A DNA stretch of 57,397 bases, filler included, from Basidioascus undulatus (GCA_000826855.1; 5 parts of 5 records of this genome joined end to end with filler, not necessarily neighbours in it); one strand, 5' to 3'. Shown: positions 23,022 through 41,729, counted from the whole stretch's first letter. Notes: generated by a model from the letters alone, not told the origin. Numbers and translations: made by a program.

Positions 23022-25686
23022 CGTTCACATGGTGCGCTTGGCGTTTTGAGGGCGTCGACAATTCTTCAAATGGGGGGGTGGAGGTGCCGTTGATGCTGCC
23101 TGAGGACTGGCTGCAGTGCGCGAGGGGGGACGGGGGGGAGGATACGCATTTCGGGATGGGTGTAAGGCGGAGAGTGACCGTCGCTCAGTGGATAGTTTGT
23201 TTATCTTTTGATGAGAAGAAACAGCGGCGGTGTTGGTCTCAAAGAGGGAGGGACGATGGACGGAATGCAAGATGAGGAGGGGGGGGGTGTGACCTTGCAG
23301 GGTGCGTGACCTTGCATACCGGCGCGTCATCTCGCTGGGAATCGAAAACAAAGTTTCGACGGTGCACTGTCTGGGAGCTTCGGGTTACTTTCCGTGCTTC
23401 AAGATAAAGAAAGGGTTTCTTGCGGGCTTTGGCCCCCTTCAGACGGTGACGGAGGCGGACATGCAGATGCTGCGACGCTGTGGGGGCTGCTGGAAACTCG
23501 CTGCTTGGTCATGGACCTTGAGGTACGATGGATGGGAGATGCTGCCAATAATGTCTAGGTGAACATTCTCACATGCCTTGAGAGCAATCACTTGCAGTAT
23601 TTTCACTAGAGAAGGCACCTGGAGACACCCCAAAGCCTTTGCGGGAAGTGCGAGAGCGACTCCTGGGATGTCTGTCGACCAAGACTTTAAGGCTGAACTG
23701 CCTCCCGAGGACCCCAACCGCGATTGAGATCAGCCAGATGAACAGAGTGAAGAGGGCGAACCAACCTTGAGCTTCTGTTGCAGAGCGGATGAAGTCCGCG
23801 CACCACCTGGGAAGAGCACGACCTGTATCCCAGATGTATTTGAGCGCACTTGAAGCACGACACCCGCCCAGCACATTCCCCAAGAACTACATAAAGCACC
23901 GGATGTTCTGCCTCTCAGCCCTTCTCCTGCACCTCCAGCCCGCTCTTGAAGCCTGTCCGCCCCTTCAACCTCTCCCTCGTCCCGTCCAGTCAATTCAGCT
24001 CAGACACAACGTTATCCCATTGCGCGGGCATAGGTTCTGCTATGTAAGATGTTATATGACAGTTCCCAGGCATTTTGTGCTTCAGCAGGCCGTGAGGCGA
24101 GAGACGCAGGCAAAGCAAACGGTCCAACAGCACGACCAGCGTTTCTTTCATGTGGACAACGTGAAACCACCAAGAACGGCATCGAGCCCGTTCACTTCCC
24201 GCCAGCGTCCCCCTCCTTCCCCTCCATTCCCTCCACGCGTATCGGTCCCGATTGCTCTCCCTGATCTCTGGCGTGAGGGAGTTCCTCGCCTTCTCGCGCT
24301 CCGCCGCATACCAGCTGCTGAAGATATGCTCGGTCGCGATACGACTCGCCATCTCGCTGCTCTCATGTTTCAACAGCATGTATTTCTAAGTGGGTACTGT
24401 CCTTTGAACTGGTATGTGAGGAGAGATAGGACGCACGGCGCGCTGAACGTCCCGGAGCCGCTTGCTCTCGAGCTCGATGAGCTGGTCGAGCTGGTCGGCC
24501 TCCGCCTTGGCCTGGGTTTGAACACCTCTTCCTTCATCATTAGAATACCACAAAAATATCATCGGCTCGGTAAGCAACGGATAACTGACAGCCAGCTTGC
24601 CGACCCAAGACGCGAGGCCCACGATAGCAGGGGCGGTAGCTGCCGGAGGGCTGGGGACACCGTATCATCATAATGCGAAGTGTGATAAAAAATTCTTCAA
24701 GGTGTTATGCATGCGTACATGCGAGGGACCAGCCAGGGCGGGGGTGCAGCTATCTCCTGCCTCGGCAGCAGACCAGCAGTTCCTTTGAATCAAGCACCAG
24801 AGTCGTCAGAGTCGTTCTGCCACTTCCAACTCGGGCTGGAGACGAAACTTTTGTGCCTCGTTTTAGTTTGTACATGCGAAAAGTACAAATCTCTAAGGAC
24901 AGCATAAACGTGTCGGAACTGGTGACCGTCTTGCTCGGCATCTTGTAGCAAGACCCGAGAGCGAGCGACGATTGATTACCGTATGAGCACTGTAAAATTA
25001 CAACGCCCAACTATGCAATCAACAGGTATCAATAATGAGGAGACTTGAGCTGCATGGTACGTATTTGCCATTGCAGGCTGCACTTTCGTGCATCTCGAGA
25101 AAGGCTAAAATGATGCCTTCCTAAACCGAGCACACTACAATTAATTACCCAGGAGCGAGGCGTCGACCGAAACGAGAAACGACGGTTTGGAGCTGCAAGC
25201 TGCAAGCGAGAAATAGTCACTGTACAGCCACATCGGGCTCGCAGACACATCGATGCGCATGCGGCATTGCGCAACTCCGACTTCGTGCATATGAACTGCA
25301 GATGCAGAAGCAGTTCAACCGTCGGCAACACCTCCTGCTCCTCAGCCTGCCCAGCCTGGCAGTAACGCGAGCATACGTGCGGATGGGCTTGTGCATCTCG
25401 TGCTGGCGCTGATTTGGGGTCGCGTCCTTTTGGGCCTCTTGCCTGTACCGCCTTACCGCGCTTGAGCGACGCACCGCATGTTCATCGGCGGTCTCCTGTT
25501 TGTAGAAGCGGTCGATATTGGGACCGGAGCAGTGACATCATTATGCTGGAGGTCGACTGAAAATACATTCTTCAAAGCGACCTTCGCACCCTCCTGTCAG
25601 CTATTTAATAGCTGCACTGTGCAGCCTCACCTCTTCTTTCCCATGACCCACCACCACCCCAGTTTACTACCACAGTTATATCTGCA

Positions 25687-26330
25687 ATGCTCTCCACCAC
25701 CACTTTCGCCATCAGATCATTTTCGCTTTGGGACTTGCCCGCGCTGCCCCGGCTCCGGGTGCCAGTACGTCTCGCGTGCCGCTTTCCTACCTGCGGTCTC
25801 ACGTTCTGCCCTTGATACAGTCGAGTTAATATTCGAACACGCCACTTCGGCTGTCGGAGATGGTTTCGACGATGTCCAGTCGCTATGGAACGACGCGAAG
25901 ACCGGCGTCGAGGGCGGAAAGTCGTACTTCAAGAGCGTCGATGGGCCGCGACGTCTGCTGCAAGCAGCGCCTGGAACGTGGCGACGGGCACTGCCGGCAG
26001 TGTTTATGTTCAAGGTACATTAGATTTTACAAATTGAATGGGGGTAATCAAGGAGCGGGTAGTGATTTACTGAAGCATCACTCACGTTCGCACAGCTACC
26101 TCTGCTGCGAAGTCGGCCGTTTCCGCCGCGATCGAGTCGGATGCTGTACAGCTGAGCGCGGTCATGTAGGTCCCATTTAGAGCTTTCTTTCTCCCACCTT
26201 GTTCGGAAGGGGCACCATGCTGACTGAGGGCGACCTCAGCGCGGCGGACCGCACGTCCAGCAGCGCTGCGCCCACCTCTACGTCCGACGACAACAACGCT
26301 GCTCTTCGAAGGTGTTCGGCCCCAACTTAC
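25687..26330 (+). pseudogene. Ala/Ser/Thr-rich secreted or cell-wall protein, frameshifted
   Basis: MLSTTTFA / IIFALGLARAAPAPGA signal peptide split across frames; FEHATSAVGDGFDDVQSLWNDAKTG.../AATSAASSAWNVATGTAGSVY also needs a frame change near 25945. GT-AG introns present; end approximate. Confidence 0.5.
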
Positions 26331-27028
26331 AGACCTTCACTAATGGACTCTCCTCCTTGTTCCGCTCATCGTCTATGCACCATCTCCCTTTGCTTAACGC
26401 CCTTTGATTTTCTTGTAACGCCCAATTCTAACGATATCGTTTGTCATTGAGGAAGCGCAGAAGTATGTGAATGAGAAAGCACTTCTGTGACTGGATTGTT
26501 CCTCGTCTACTAAGTACGACAGACCGGGCTGTAAAATCGAGGAAAAGGGGACGCATGGTTGCAGTCTGAGAACAGGTTTCAGGTACAAGCCACTATTTTA
26601 CAGCAACTATTTTCCCCTAAAGAGACCCTAAAGATTGACTCAAAATCACCTATGCCCAGCGACGGAGAGGTCTAGTCGTTTGCCACCGACCGTCCGGTAG
26701 GCCTTACTTTCCAAGTTATATAGGTGGTGATGGCGGGACTGTGTGTCGTGTAGTCTTTAAGGGTGACTGGACAACTTCCTGAGCGGGCCACCGCCAAACC
26801 GACCGGTACTTGAAGCATCCTCCGCATTTCCTGTTCAGTGCACGGGCCACTAGGACCGAAAATAAGTCATTGAAGAATAAAACTGACTCAAGTCCTTCAG
26901 TCCAACAATCTGCAGAATGAACTGAACGAACTTCGTTGGAAAGGGTGACTCGCTGCCTCGTGCCCACTGCATGACGTCTCCTCTCCTCGGCTTCGCGTGC
27001 CAGCCTGCTCCTCTCCAGTCGAAGAAAC

Positions 27029-29107
<2,079 letters not shown>

Positions 29108-29344
29108 GAACCAGCTGGGCAACCTGTGGGTCAAGTCAATGGGAGCAGCATGATGTGTAGCGATCATAAACTTCGTCTGCTGTCCGAGCACACGCTTTCA
29201 GCACAGTTTGAACGCCTCATGCGCAAGATGCCGAAAGAGAAACTTCAAGTAAAATACGCATGTAAACGAAAAGAGAACCTAGCGACGCCCGACCAGCCCA
29301 CTCCCACTCCTCAACCCTCCCCTCTGATCGCCTCAAACAGCTCT

Positions 29345-32801
<3,457 letters not shown>

Positions 32802-32896
32802 GCGCAGGCCTAAGACAAGAGAAGACACACCCAGCGACAAGCAGCGAACACTGTTTGAAGAGGGCCGTCCGCACATGTGTCCGCGGATCGCCCGCC

Positions 32897-32943
32897 TGAC
32901 TCGAAAATGACTCTGAATGACTCGAAATGCAACAAAATGACTC
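32897..32943. promoter_or_regulatory. Cluster of four TGACTC (Gcn4/Cpc1-type) sites upstream of ProRS
   Basis: TGACTC at 32897, 32908, 32918 and 32938, about 95-140 nt upstream of the first ATG. Confidence 0.6.
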
Positions 32944-33513
32944 GCGAAACCGCAAAACGGGCACACCTCACGTTGATGAATAAAATGCAGGTAATATGCA
33001 CTTTCCAAAGTCCAGTAACCTCGGACATCAAGAGCTCTGAAGGAGCCGTCAAAGGGACAGAGGGGGAGGGAGTGTGCTCAACCCTGAAGGGCCAAACGAC
33101 AACGCATATGATTAAAGAACGGATCGAAGTCAATTCATATATATGATGGATTTGGATGGGAGGAAATGTCGCAGTGGAGTAGCTCAAATGGAGCGAAGGT
33201 TGTGTGCGTCTTCTCTGCGCTCTGTGAGCTTTGGACGGTCCATCCTCAGCTCAGACCCGTGTCAAGACATAGGAAATTCGATCGACACAGTTTCTTGGGT
33301 TCTTGCCTCGTGCTGCGCGAGGACCCACATCTGTTCAACAGCATACGCGCGGAGCCTGCCTGTGTGTCTCGTCCGCCGTTCGAACGTCCACCGGAGGAAT
33401 GAGAACCCTGCACGGCTATCACAGCGTAGTCCACAGTAACTGCAAGTAATATAATACTCTCCATGCACGATGCAATGCACATCTCTCTCTTTCCCCAGGA
33501 ACTGCCCCGCCCC

Positions 33514-34362
33514 TCAGTCTCCGCCCACCTCCACCTCCGCGCCCAGTCTGCGGATGACCTGCAAGATCGCAAAACAGGTATGAGTCTTTGGTAGAGCGGC
33601 ACCGAAATGCGAGAAGGACAGCAGCAGGAGCAGACGATCCGACCCACCTCCTGCAGCATCTCCGGCTTGTCCCTGTACTCGGCCCCGCGGACCGCAACGG
33701 TGTAGCTTGCTGAGGTGTAGTAAGAGCCGAGCGCGGGCATCAGCGAGTGCGGGTGACAGTATCAGGTAGAAAGGCGTGTAGAGGGACGGCGAATATGGAC
33801 GAACCGTCTTCGATCTTCCGCAGCGAAGCCTCCATCACGTCCATCTTCTTCCGGAGGTCCCGGACGTACGGTTGGAGGGGGTCGAACTCTGCTCGGGTGC
33901 CGCAAGCCGTGGTTGAGGTCAGGTCGCTCCGCTCAACGCTGCATGTGTGGATGGAGGCGACGCACCCTCCTTCAACTCCCTCACAAAAGCGCACGCGCTC
34001 CGTGCCGCATCGTGGTCGCCCTTCCCGATAGCGTTGATGGACAGGCGCATAAGCTCGCCTGTCAGGTCGGCCAGGCCGAGGGCGTATGCCGCGGGGGAGA
34101 CGTCGAGGATGGGCTTTGGGGCCGGGGAGGAGGAGGGGGTGGGGGAGGAGGTGAGGAGTTCGCGCAGTTGGGTGAGCGTGAGGAGGGAGGAGGTTTGGAG
34201 GTAGTGCAGGAAGGAGACGGCTTCGATCTGCAGCGGGGTGGCTTGCTCAGTGAGGGGCGCCCTGTTCCGCGCCGCCTCGACAAGAGGGAATGAATAATAG
34301 GAAACACGACTCACGAATTCTTCCAACCCGCCCTGCACAGCCCTCGCATACTTCCACTGCAC
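33514..34362 (-). CDS. TSNAX: Translin-associated factor X (TRAX), 5' part lost at contig end
   Basis: WKYARAVQGGLEEF|IEAVSFLHYL, YALGLADLTGELMR, LRKKMDVMEASLRKIED and YTVAVRGAEY; acidic catalytic residues present. Stop 33514-33516. Confidence 0.9.
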
Positions 34363-34423
34363 CTCGGGCCTCCCCTTACCTTCCTCCCTCTCTCCCTCCC
34401 CCTCCTCCTCCTCCCCCTCCTCC

Positions 34424-34523
34424 NNNNNNNNNNNNNNNNNNNNNNNNNNNNNNNNNNNNNNNNNNNNTTAATTAATTAANNNNNNNNNNNNNNNNNNNNN
34501 NNNNNNNNNNNNNNNNNNNNNNN
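34424..34523. other. Artificial contig linker
   Basis: N44-TTAATTAATTAA-N44. Confidence 0.98.
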
Positions 34524-34614
34524 AGCCCGCGCGGACGCGTCGGCATGCTCTCCAAAGCCATGGCGATCTTACAGAAAGAGCCCCTTGGTTAGAAATGGAC
34601 TATATGCTGGTCTG
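34524..34614. repeat. 91-nt terminal direct repeat, left copy (identical to 45829-45919)
   Basis: AGCCCGCGCGGACGCGTC...ATATGCTGGTCTG is the first 91 nt of contig 4 (44 nt exon plus 47 nt intron of JEN1). Confidence 0.97.
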
Positions 34615-35669
34615 CATGATGCGTACTGCGTTGCCCCCTGTCAAAGCCCGGGGGTCAGCGAAGAACGGCAAGCAAGCGGACGTCGTGCTGGAATGGACGG
34701 ACAGACGCCTCCCATCCCGATGCCGAACAACGCGCGAACAGCGAGGAACTGGCTGTAAGTGCTAGCGAAGGCTGTCGCGACTTGAAGTCCACCGATGAGG
34801 ATCATGTTGACGACCTTCATACACACGTCGAGCTATCAGCGGTCAGGCGTTTCTGAAAGCAATACGCGGTTCCGTACGCACCATCGGCCACTTGCGCCCA
34901 CTGGACAAGGTACGTGAAAGATTTAGGGTTCTCCCGGCGGTCAAAGTGCAAGAATGTTCTATACTTACTACAGGTCGCCGAAGACGCCGAAGATCGCGGC
35001 GCCAACCGAGCGGAAAACTGAGACTGGGGTGTTATAAGTAGAAGCTTTTGTGCCGTAAAGAGGTAATGAACGACGCGCGGAGTGTCAATGTGATGGAGGT
35101 CGTGACGCTGGTGCGGGAGACTGAGGGTGAGAGGAGTATTGTAAGTCCAAGTTAGAGTGTGGGGTTGCTGAGGCACGAACCGTTGTAGAAGACTGCCATG
35201 CGCGAGACCGAGAGGGAGACGCTCTGAACAAGGCGGACAGCTTAGTCGAGGAGGCTGCGAGGGAGAACAGGGGGTGGCTTGCGTGGAAGTCGTAGCCATC
35301 TGGAGTTCGAAACGTGGGTGAGTGTACGACCTCGAGCTACTGAGTGGAATCCCCTCTCACCGACAGTCCAAGCTGTCGCTCAGGGCTGTCAGTCATGCCC
35401 CTTCTCCAGCGCGAAGAATCGATTCTCACCAGCCAGGCCGACAATGAAGAAGATCCAATTCTTGAACGTGAGCTCGCGGAGAAGCGAGATCGGGTTGTGC
35501 AGTGGCTCATAATCTTCAGAACAACCCGAAGGAATGTGAGGCTCGACGTCGAGCGTGGGGCTTCCATCGAATGCGACAGTCACTGACCCGCAAACTTCTC
35601 CTCCAGCTCGCCGTTCTCGTTGACGATCGTGATCTTCTCGCGCGTGAAGAGGCTCTTCACAGCGCCCAT
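34524..35669 (-). CDS. JEN1: JEN1-family carboxylate/H+ symporter (MFS), 5' half
   Basis: ATG 35669: MGAVKSLF...NPISLLRELTFKNWIFFIVGLAAWTVDGYDFH...FRSVGAAIFG...RKWPMV...FLAVRALFGIGMGGVWGNAIAMALESMPTRPRG. Confidence 0.9.
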
Positions 35670-36269
35670 GGTGGGCTTGAAGTTGCAGCAAGCGCCTTAG
35701 AGCAGGAGCGGTGAGCGGTGAAGAAGGTGAGAAGGGTAAAGGAAAGGGAACGCAGACAGACGCAGTCGGTCGTTTTATTGACTGGTCGTCGCCCACAGCC
35801 CGCAGTCCCTGCCAGGCATCAGACTGAGGGCTGGCCGATGAGCTTACCTGACCTTCAGATCGATCGCGAGTAGTAATAGGTGTAACTGATCTAAAACACA
35901 TCGCGGGCTCATCAAAAGGTATTCACGCGTCGAAAACAAAGCTTCTCGGGTTCTGCTGCCGCCGTTTCTGACCCTGGGCGATCTTCAGTATGCCTTTCTG
36001 TAGACTGATTCAATCGGGAAAATGGTTCTAAGGAGTGGGACTTTTTGGCAATTATCTTTGCAGTGTGCGGTTCCTCGGACAGGCTGTGGAGGCAGCACAG
36101 CACGATGTCCGTGAAGAGAAATTTGTGTAACGCCTGGTTCATTCATCGTGTAAGCTCGTTCTACTTCTCTCCGCGTCAAAACACGACCCTGTCTGGCGTC
36201 ACATGCAAAAGTTCAGCCCTCTCAAGCAGCGCCCGGAATGCCCCATTCTCCCGACGCCTATAAATTTAC

Positions 36270-36986
36270 ATTTCTAGCCATGCACTGCTAAGAGAGTGCG
36301 CGTCGGTAGAGCGTACGAACTCGAATCGTTGTATGTGCGCGTTACTTATAAAGCGCTTCAAAGTGAGCAAGGCAGATCGATGTTGATGCGGAAGGTGGAG
36401 ATCGGGACAGAGGCTGTCCACTCCAGCGTGTCGGTCTCGAGGTGTCCGGCAAAGGGATCGCAGACCACCCCCAGATCTTGAGCAGCTCCAGAACGACCTT
36501 ATATATGTCCGCACCGAACCGCGGAGACCGAAAGCGCAGGCGCAACGATGCTGATTCGGGGCGAAGGCCCTCCATGGCACGGCAGAGAGCCCGGGCCTGA
36601 GGGAGTGGACCCAACAGCTCAGACGAGACTTTGAGAGTTTTTACCGCCGAGCATGCACCGAGGATGTCGTTGATGATGTCTGGCTTTGCTTGTACAGAGC
36701 TGTAATGATGACGAGCGTCGATGCTCGCGCCGCGACTCGTCCTTCCGCAGGTAAGCCAAGAACGAGTCGTACTGCGCCCGGTCGATGAGGCGGACGCTGC
36801 ACACGAGATGCTCGAGGGCCCAAGGTGTGATACGCTTGCAAATGAAGAGCGAGGAGAAGGGCGCAGTACCCTGAGCAGGCTCCGATTGCGCTGTTTGAGA
36901 TGCGATGGATGGGGGACCGTCGGCGAAGTAGGCTTCGAAATTATTTGGGAAAGTATCTCGTTCGGGAAATCGAGAATGTGAAGCAT
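36270..36986 (-). pseudogene. F-box-like/LRR accessory protein remnant
   Basis: MLHILDFPNEILSQII (F-box-like start), then ICKRITPWALEHLVCSVRL and DILGACSAVKTLKV in different frames; at least two frameshifts. Confidence 0.55.
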
Positions 36987-37585
36987 GCTTCTGGAAGTAA
37001 GCTTGTTTGGTTCGGTTGGGCGGTAGAGAGGAAGATGGTGATGGCAAGCGAAGAGGGGCCGGAACACCTCAGCCTGATTCAGACCTCGTGTCGAACCGCA
37101 AAACATTCCGCTCATTGCCGCAAACCCGAAGTGCCACGTACGTTAGCCCATCCAGTCTGAATCAGCTCATGCAGCCTTTGTACGCGGATCCGTTGACACT
37201 CAACGACGTTAAGCCGGGCGGGCGGACAGTGGGAGAGAGAAGCGAGTGACGACCCCGCGCATGCGGAACGCCATGCAGTCGACTTTCCGTACGGTCGTGG
37301 CTTCGCGAGCTGAAGGCGTTGTCCTGGAGATGAGAATTTACTTCGGGTATCATTGTCATGGTCATCCGATAATCGAATGCTGGCCAAGCATGAGGCCGCG
37401 ACAGCACGTCGACGAATGTCCAGCCTCGTCACAACGCGGGCGGCGAGCGAGTAGTCGGGTCGAAGACGGCATCGAGGATGATCGTGCCGGAAACAAAGCG
37501 ATCTATGCAACGCGAGAACGGAGCAGATTCAGTCACGAGACGCACAGCGCCCATGGAAGTCTGCGCGGGACGACGCCCTTTCATT

Positions 37586-39827
37586 TCATGTGTCCAACTC
37601 CCTCCCCTCGCCCTTGCCCAGCCCACGCCCCGCCTCCCAACCCTCCAACAGAATCTTAATGCGCGTGACGCTCGACTCCGTGCCCTTCTGCCATCCGGCC
37701 GCACCGCTGTTGGTCGCGTCCCTGAGAGCAACGAGGACCTTCTCCGCCTGGCGGCCGTACACTGCGCGCCAGCGTTCCCCGGCAATGTCGAGGAACGTCG
37801 CGACGAAGAGGGGGACGGGCTCGAAGTTGGGCATGGGCGGGCGGAGCGCGTGCGAGAGCCAGGTCCACCCCGCCGGGAGGCGCATCGCGGGCGTGACTGC
37901 GCCGGGAGGGGACGTGGGCGGGATGGGGAGTGAGGCGGGGAGCGGCGGCGTTTGAAGGATCGCGAAATAGAGGGAGAGGATGCCCGCCATGCGCTCGTTG
38001 TGTTGCACGCTCGTCTCGTCGCCCGCGGTGTGCCCGAGCCGCTTGCGGTAGTCAGCCTGGGACTCGCCCTATTCGGCCAAATAAGCGAACGTCAAGGCTA
38101 AGGGCTCTGGCCTCGCAACGAGACGTACCTCTCGTTGCTTGGGGTAGAACGGCACCACCCATGGGCACTTCTTGACGAGCCGCGCCATGAGCACGTCGCC
38201 GAGCGTCTCGTGGCCGCCCATGATCAGGCCGAGGACGAGACGGCCGAGCGGGTACGCCGTCTCCTGCTTCGCGACGACCTCGGCTTCCGCCTGGCGGATG
38301 AGGCACTTCGACAGGTGGTTGAGAAGCCAAATGTAAGGCGGTGCGGTCGGGCCCAGCGAGCGTGCCAAGGAGAGAATGTCGCCGATCGCAGTTGTCTGGA
38401 GAGGCGAAGCCACTGGGTCAGCGGATGGTACGCAACAGGCTGCGCTTGCAGACGTACAATGCGGGCGATTTCCGAACGCGAGTTAGTGAGCTGGCCGATC
38501 TTCGGCGTGATCTGCCTCTTCAGGGCATAGCATTGCTTGCGCCAATCAGGGTTGGTGGAGACGGCGGGTAGGACGTTATCCTTGATCTCCTGCTCGTTCC
38601 CGCTCTCGTCAGCACGCGAAGGTCCGAACAGGCCCGGCTTCCCTTCCCTGCTTACCTTCATCTTCGCCTGCCACCACTCGTACTCCTTCCCCGCGCCCTT
38701 CAGCCCACCTTCCTCCATCCGCTCCTTATCCCGCGCCTCCTGCTCCTCCCGCGCCTTCTTCTGCTTCTCCTGCGCCTGCCGCTGCGCCTCGGCCTTCTGC
38801 GCCTCCTCCTTCTGCGCAGCCTCGCGCATGGCCTTGGCCTCGCGCTCGGCGGCCTCTTGTCGTACGCGGTTCGCGGCGGCAAGCTCGGCGGCGGCCGCCT
38901 CTTGAGCTTGCTTCTCTGCTGCGAGGATGGATTTCTCGATACTCTGAAGGCGTGCATCCGCTATCAGCAATCGAGAAGCATCGGAAACGACAAGGGAGGG
39001 AGACACTCACATCCCATAGGATCTTATTCCTGCGCTCGAACCCGTCCTTCTCCCGTTGCGCCTCCTCCTGCTTCTGCACGTCCAGCTTCTCGAGCAGCAG
39101 CCGGACCTCGTCCATCTCCTTCTGCGCAGCGGCTCGCCGCGCCTTTTCGGAAGGACTGAGGTAGTCTCCGGCACGGGTGTGGTAGGCGGTGGCGGTTACT
39201 TGGAAGCGGAGCGTGGCGGATTGCTGCGCCCGACCCGTCAGAACTGCATTGAAAATAATCCGCATGAAACTCACCCAGGCAGCTTGCTGCGAGCGCTGGT
39301 TCCATCTCTCCCACTCATCCAAGCATGACGACGCTCTTACAGAGCGGATGAGCTCGGGGTCCGGGCTGGGCGACGCGCGAGATGGAGAGGCGCGTCCAGG
39401 TGAAGGTGCGGCATGCGATGATGAGGGCCGTTTCAGGATGGGTCGAGTGGTTGGCGGTGTTGATCTGCACATCCTCACAACGGTCAGCATCGACGAGAGG
39501 GTGGAGGGACTGTCAGACGCACCGGGTGTAGACGGGCTTCACAGGCCATGCCTCCTCCTCGCTGTCCTCCTCGCTTTCCAACCCCGACCCCAGCTCGATC
39601 TCGTCATCCGACGAGTCCAGGCCGTACACATTCCGCCGGCGTGCAGGATGTACTTTCCTTGGTCCGTTCCTGTTGCAATTCCTCGGTATCAGTAGGCGCG
39701 AACGGCGCGGAGATGGATCTTGAGCGCACCGGGAACGCGTCCGGAGCGGGGATGCGAGGTAGTCGTCCTCCGAGCTCGAGCTGTCGAGGTAGTCCTCTTC
39801 GCCACCACAGGGAGCGCCGAACCGCAT
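37586..39827 (-). CDS. GLE1: mRNA export factor / nucleoporin GLE1
   Basis: Acidic/Ser N-terminus (MRFGAP...), coiled coil, then GLE1 domain: KRQITPKIGQLTNS, YIWLLNHLSKCLIRQAEAEV, AYPLGRLV, LMARLVKKCPWVVP, ERMAGILSLYFAI and YGRQAEK. Confidence 0.9.
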
Positions 39828-40241
39828 GATGGCGCCGGTGAAAGGGGAAGATAAATACGGTGAACGGATGGATGGGGTGAGGTTCAAGCTCAACTTGGCG
39901 GCATCGGACGCCATGTTGCGGGCGTTCCAATTTCCCGCGCTGCAGTGCTTTCGGCAGCATGAACTTGCCAGGACCGATATAGCTTCTGCCCCAAAGCGCC
40001 AAAGAACGGTCCGAGTGCCCGCGAAACACCTTCTTTCAGAAAAGTCAGCTGTTCACGTTCATGTAAGTTTACAATTAATATTCTCGAAATATGTCAGTAG
40101 AACTTAGCCGCAATACGCTTGTTCCTCGGCGACACGACTCACACGAAGCGGCGAACTGACGCGTCCTCGACGCGCGCCGTCCGCCTTCTCTTTCGACCCC
40201 TCTCCCATCCGTCATTCACCGCACTCACACCCTCGACTAAC

Positions 40242-40870
40242 ATGGCTGACTCTGTACGCATACTGACCCACTCATAGACGTTCGATCGCATCGCTCAATG
40301 CTCTTCCAATGCCAGGCCTCGACCACTTCCTCGGGGTGGTTCCGCCTCGTGTCCTCCGACGGCTATCACTTCGTCGTCCCGCGCGAGGTGGCCACGAAAA
40401 GCGGGATGATCGCGGACATCCTCAAGGATGACAGTCAGTCCACTGGACCACTGTTACTGCGCTTTTCCAGGACGCTGATCGTTTTGAGCAGGCGACTTTG
40501 CGGAGGTGGCGAGCAACCAGGTGACCCTAGATTCGATCAGGTCGGTCCGAATATCATGCACGGGACTATCGACTGGGTTGGCTTACGCAAAGGAATGCTC
40601 AGGGGTGCGGTCCTGGAGAAGGTGGTGGAATACCTGCTGTTCAAGCACAAGCACGAGGGCGCCACCGCGAAGGACGTCATCCCCGACTTCCAGGAGCGCA
40701 TTCCGCCCGAGATTGCTCTGGAACTGTGAGTGACTGACACTAGTTTATTCTCTTGTGTACTAAACAATCTCTGGGCAGATTGATGGCGGCGGACTACTTG
40801 CAGAGTACGTCCCGATTGTACTTGACTCCTCCCCATCGTACTGATCTCCGTCGGCCTCTTTCCAGCGTGA
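40242..40870 (+). CDS. ELC1: Elongin C (SKP1/BTB/POZ fold)
   Basis: WFRLVSSDGYHFVVPREVATKSGMI...GAVLEKVVEYL...IPPEIALELLMAADYL. Final 5-nt coding exon CGTGA at 40866-40870. Confidence 0.93.
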
Positions 40871-41729
40871 TTGTGGAAGATTCGATGAACCAGATGCACT
40901 GCATTATACCAATGTCTTTTTCAGCTTATGGATTGCCGTAGAAGTGCGCAGTGCTCGTCTCCGACCATATCTTAATTGAGATGGGAAACGCCACCACGTA
41001 CGTCTGTCGTGCAGTTAGCCCATAGGCTCCTCAAACCTCGAAAGCTGTGAGGTGTTTATGTGCATCAAGACGCACCGGGGGCTTCAGCAGAAGCAGGTAG
41101 GGCTGCTCCTCTCCGAAAGTCCTGTGGGTTCAGGGCTTCCTTCACGCAGTCTGTCTTCTGCTGTTCCAGAAGCGCAGACCGGCTTTCGGGTGGATCGGTT
41201 GCGCTATTAGTGTGTCACCTCTTGTTTTCTTATCAATAATACTAAGATCCTCCCCTTTATAGTCCTATGAAGACGCGGCTGGGCTATTGAGGTGTCATTC
41301 GCGTGTTCATGTTAACCCTGGCCGAATCTGCCGCGATATGCTCCGTTACCATCTCATGCACCTGTTTGCTCACCTTGGTCCCTGTCTGTGTGAATAATGT
41401 CTCTTCAACAGACCTTCAAGTGGTACAGCATTGTTGTATTCTTTGCAAAGAAACCGTAAGCCTTCTCATTCCAGGGATAGGCCTCCACCTCGCCGGGCGC
41501 CACAGCAAGAATGCTAACGTTTTCAATGCAAATTGCCAGAATTGAATGGCTTCGGCCTCGACTTCATCTGATTTTGTACCTTCTTTGGATCAGTTCATGC
41601 CGGAACAGCCGGGTACATGTCCCCGAGCTACCCCTTCGTCCAGCAGGATGTGGCCCCTTCCGACGTTGCACCCCTCATCGCCTCCTTCCCTTTACTCATC
41701 ACTGACATCGACGTCCAAAATTCTTCGCC

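Noticed and set aside
23300..24640. Decayed minus-strand gene faintly resembling a G-alpha N-terminus (AKAEADQLDQLIELESKRL)
   Set aside because: No P-loop GxxxxGKS or DVGG motif, and several stops; family cannot be assigned by eye.
23789..24673. 294-aa + strand ORF
   Set aside because: No motif; probably the antisense shadow of the decayed minus-strand sequence.
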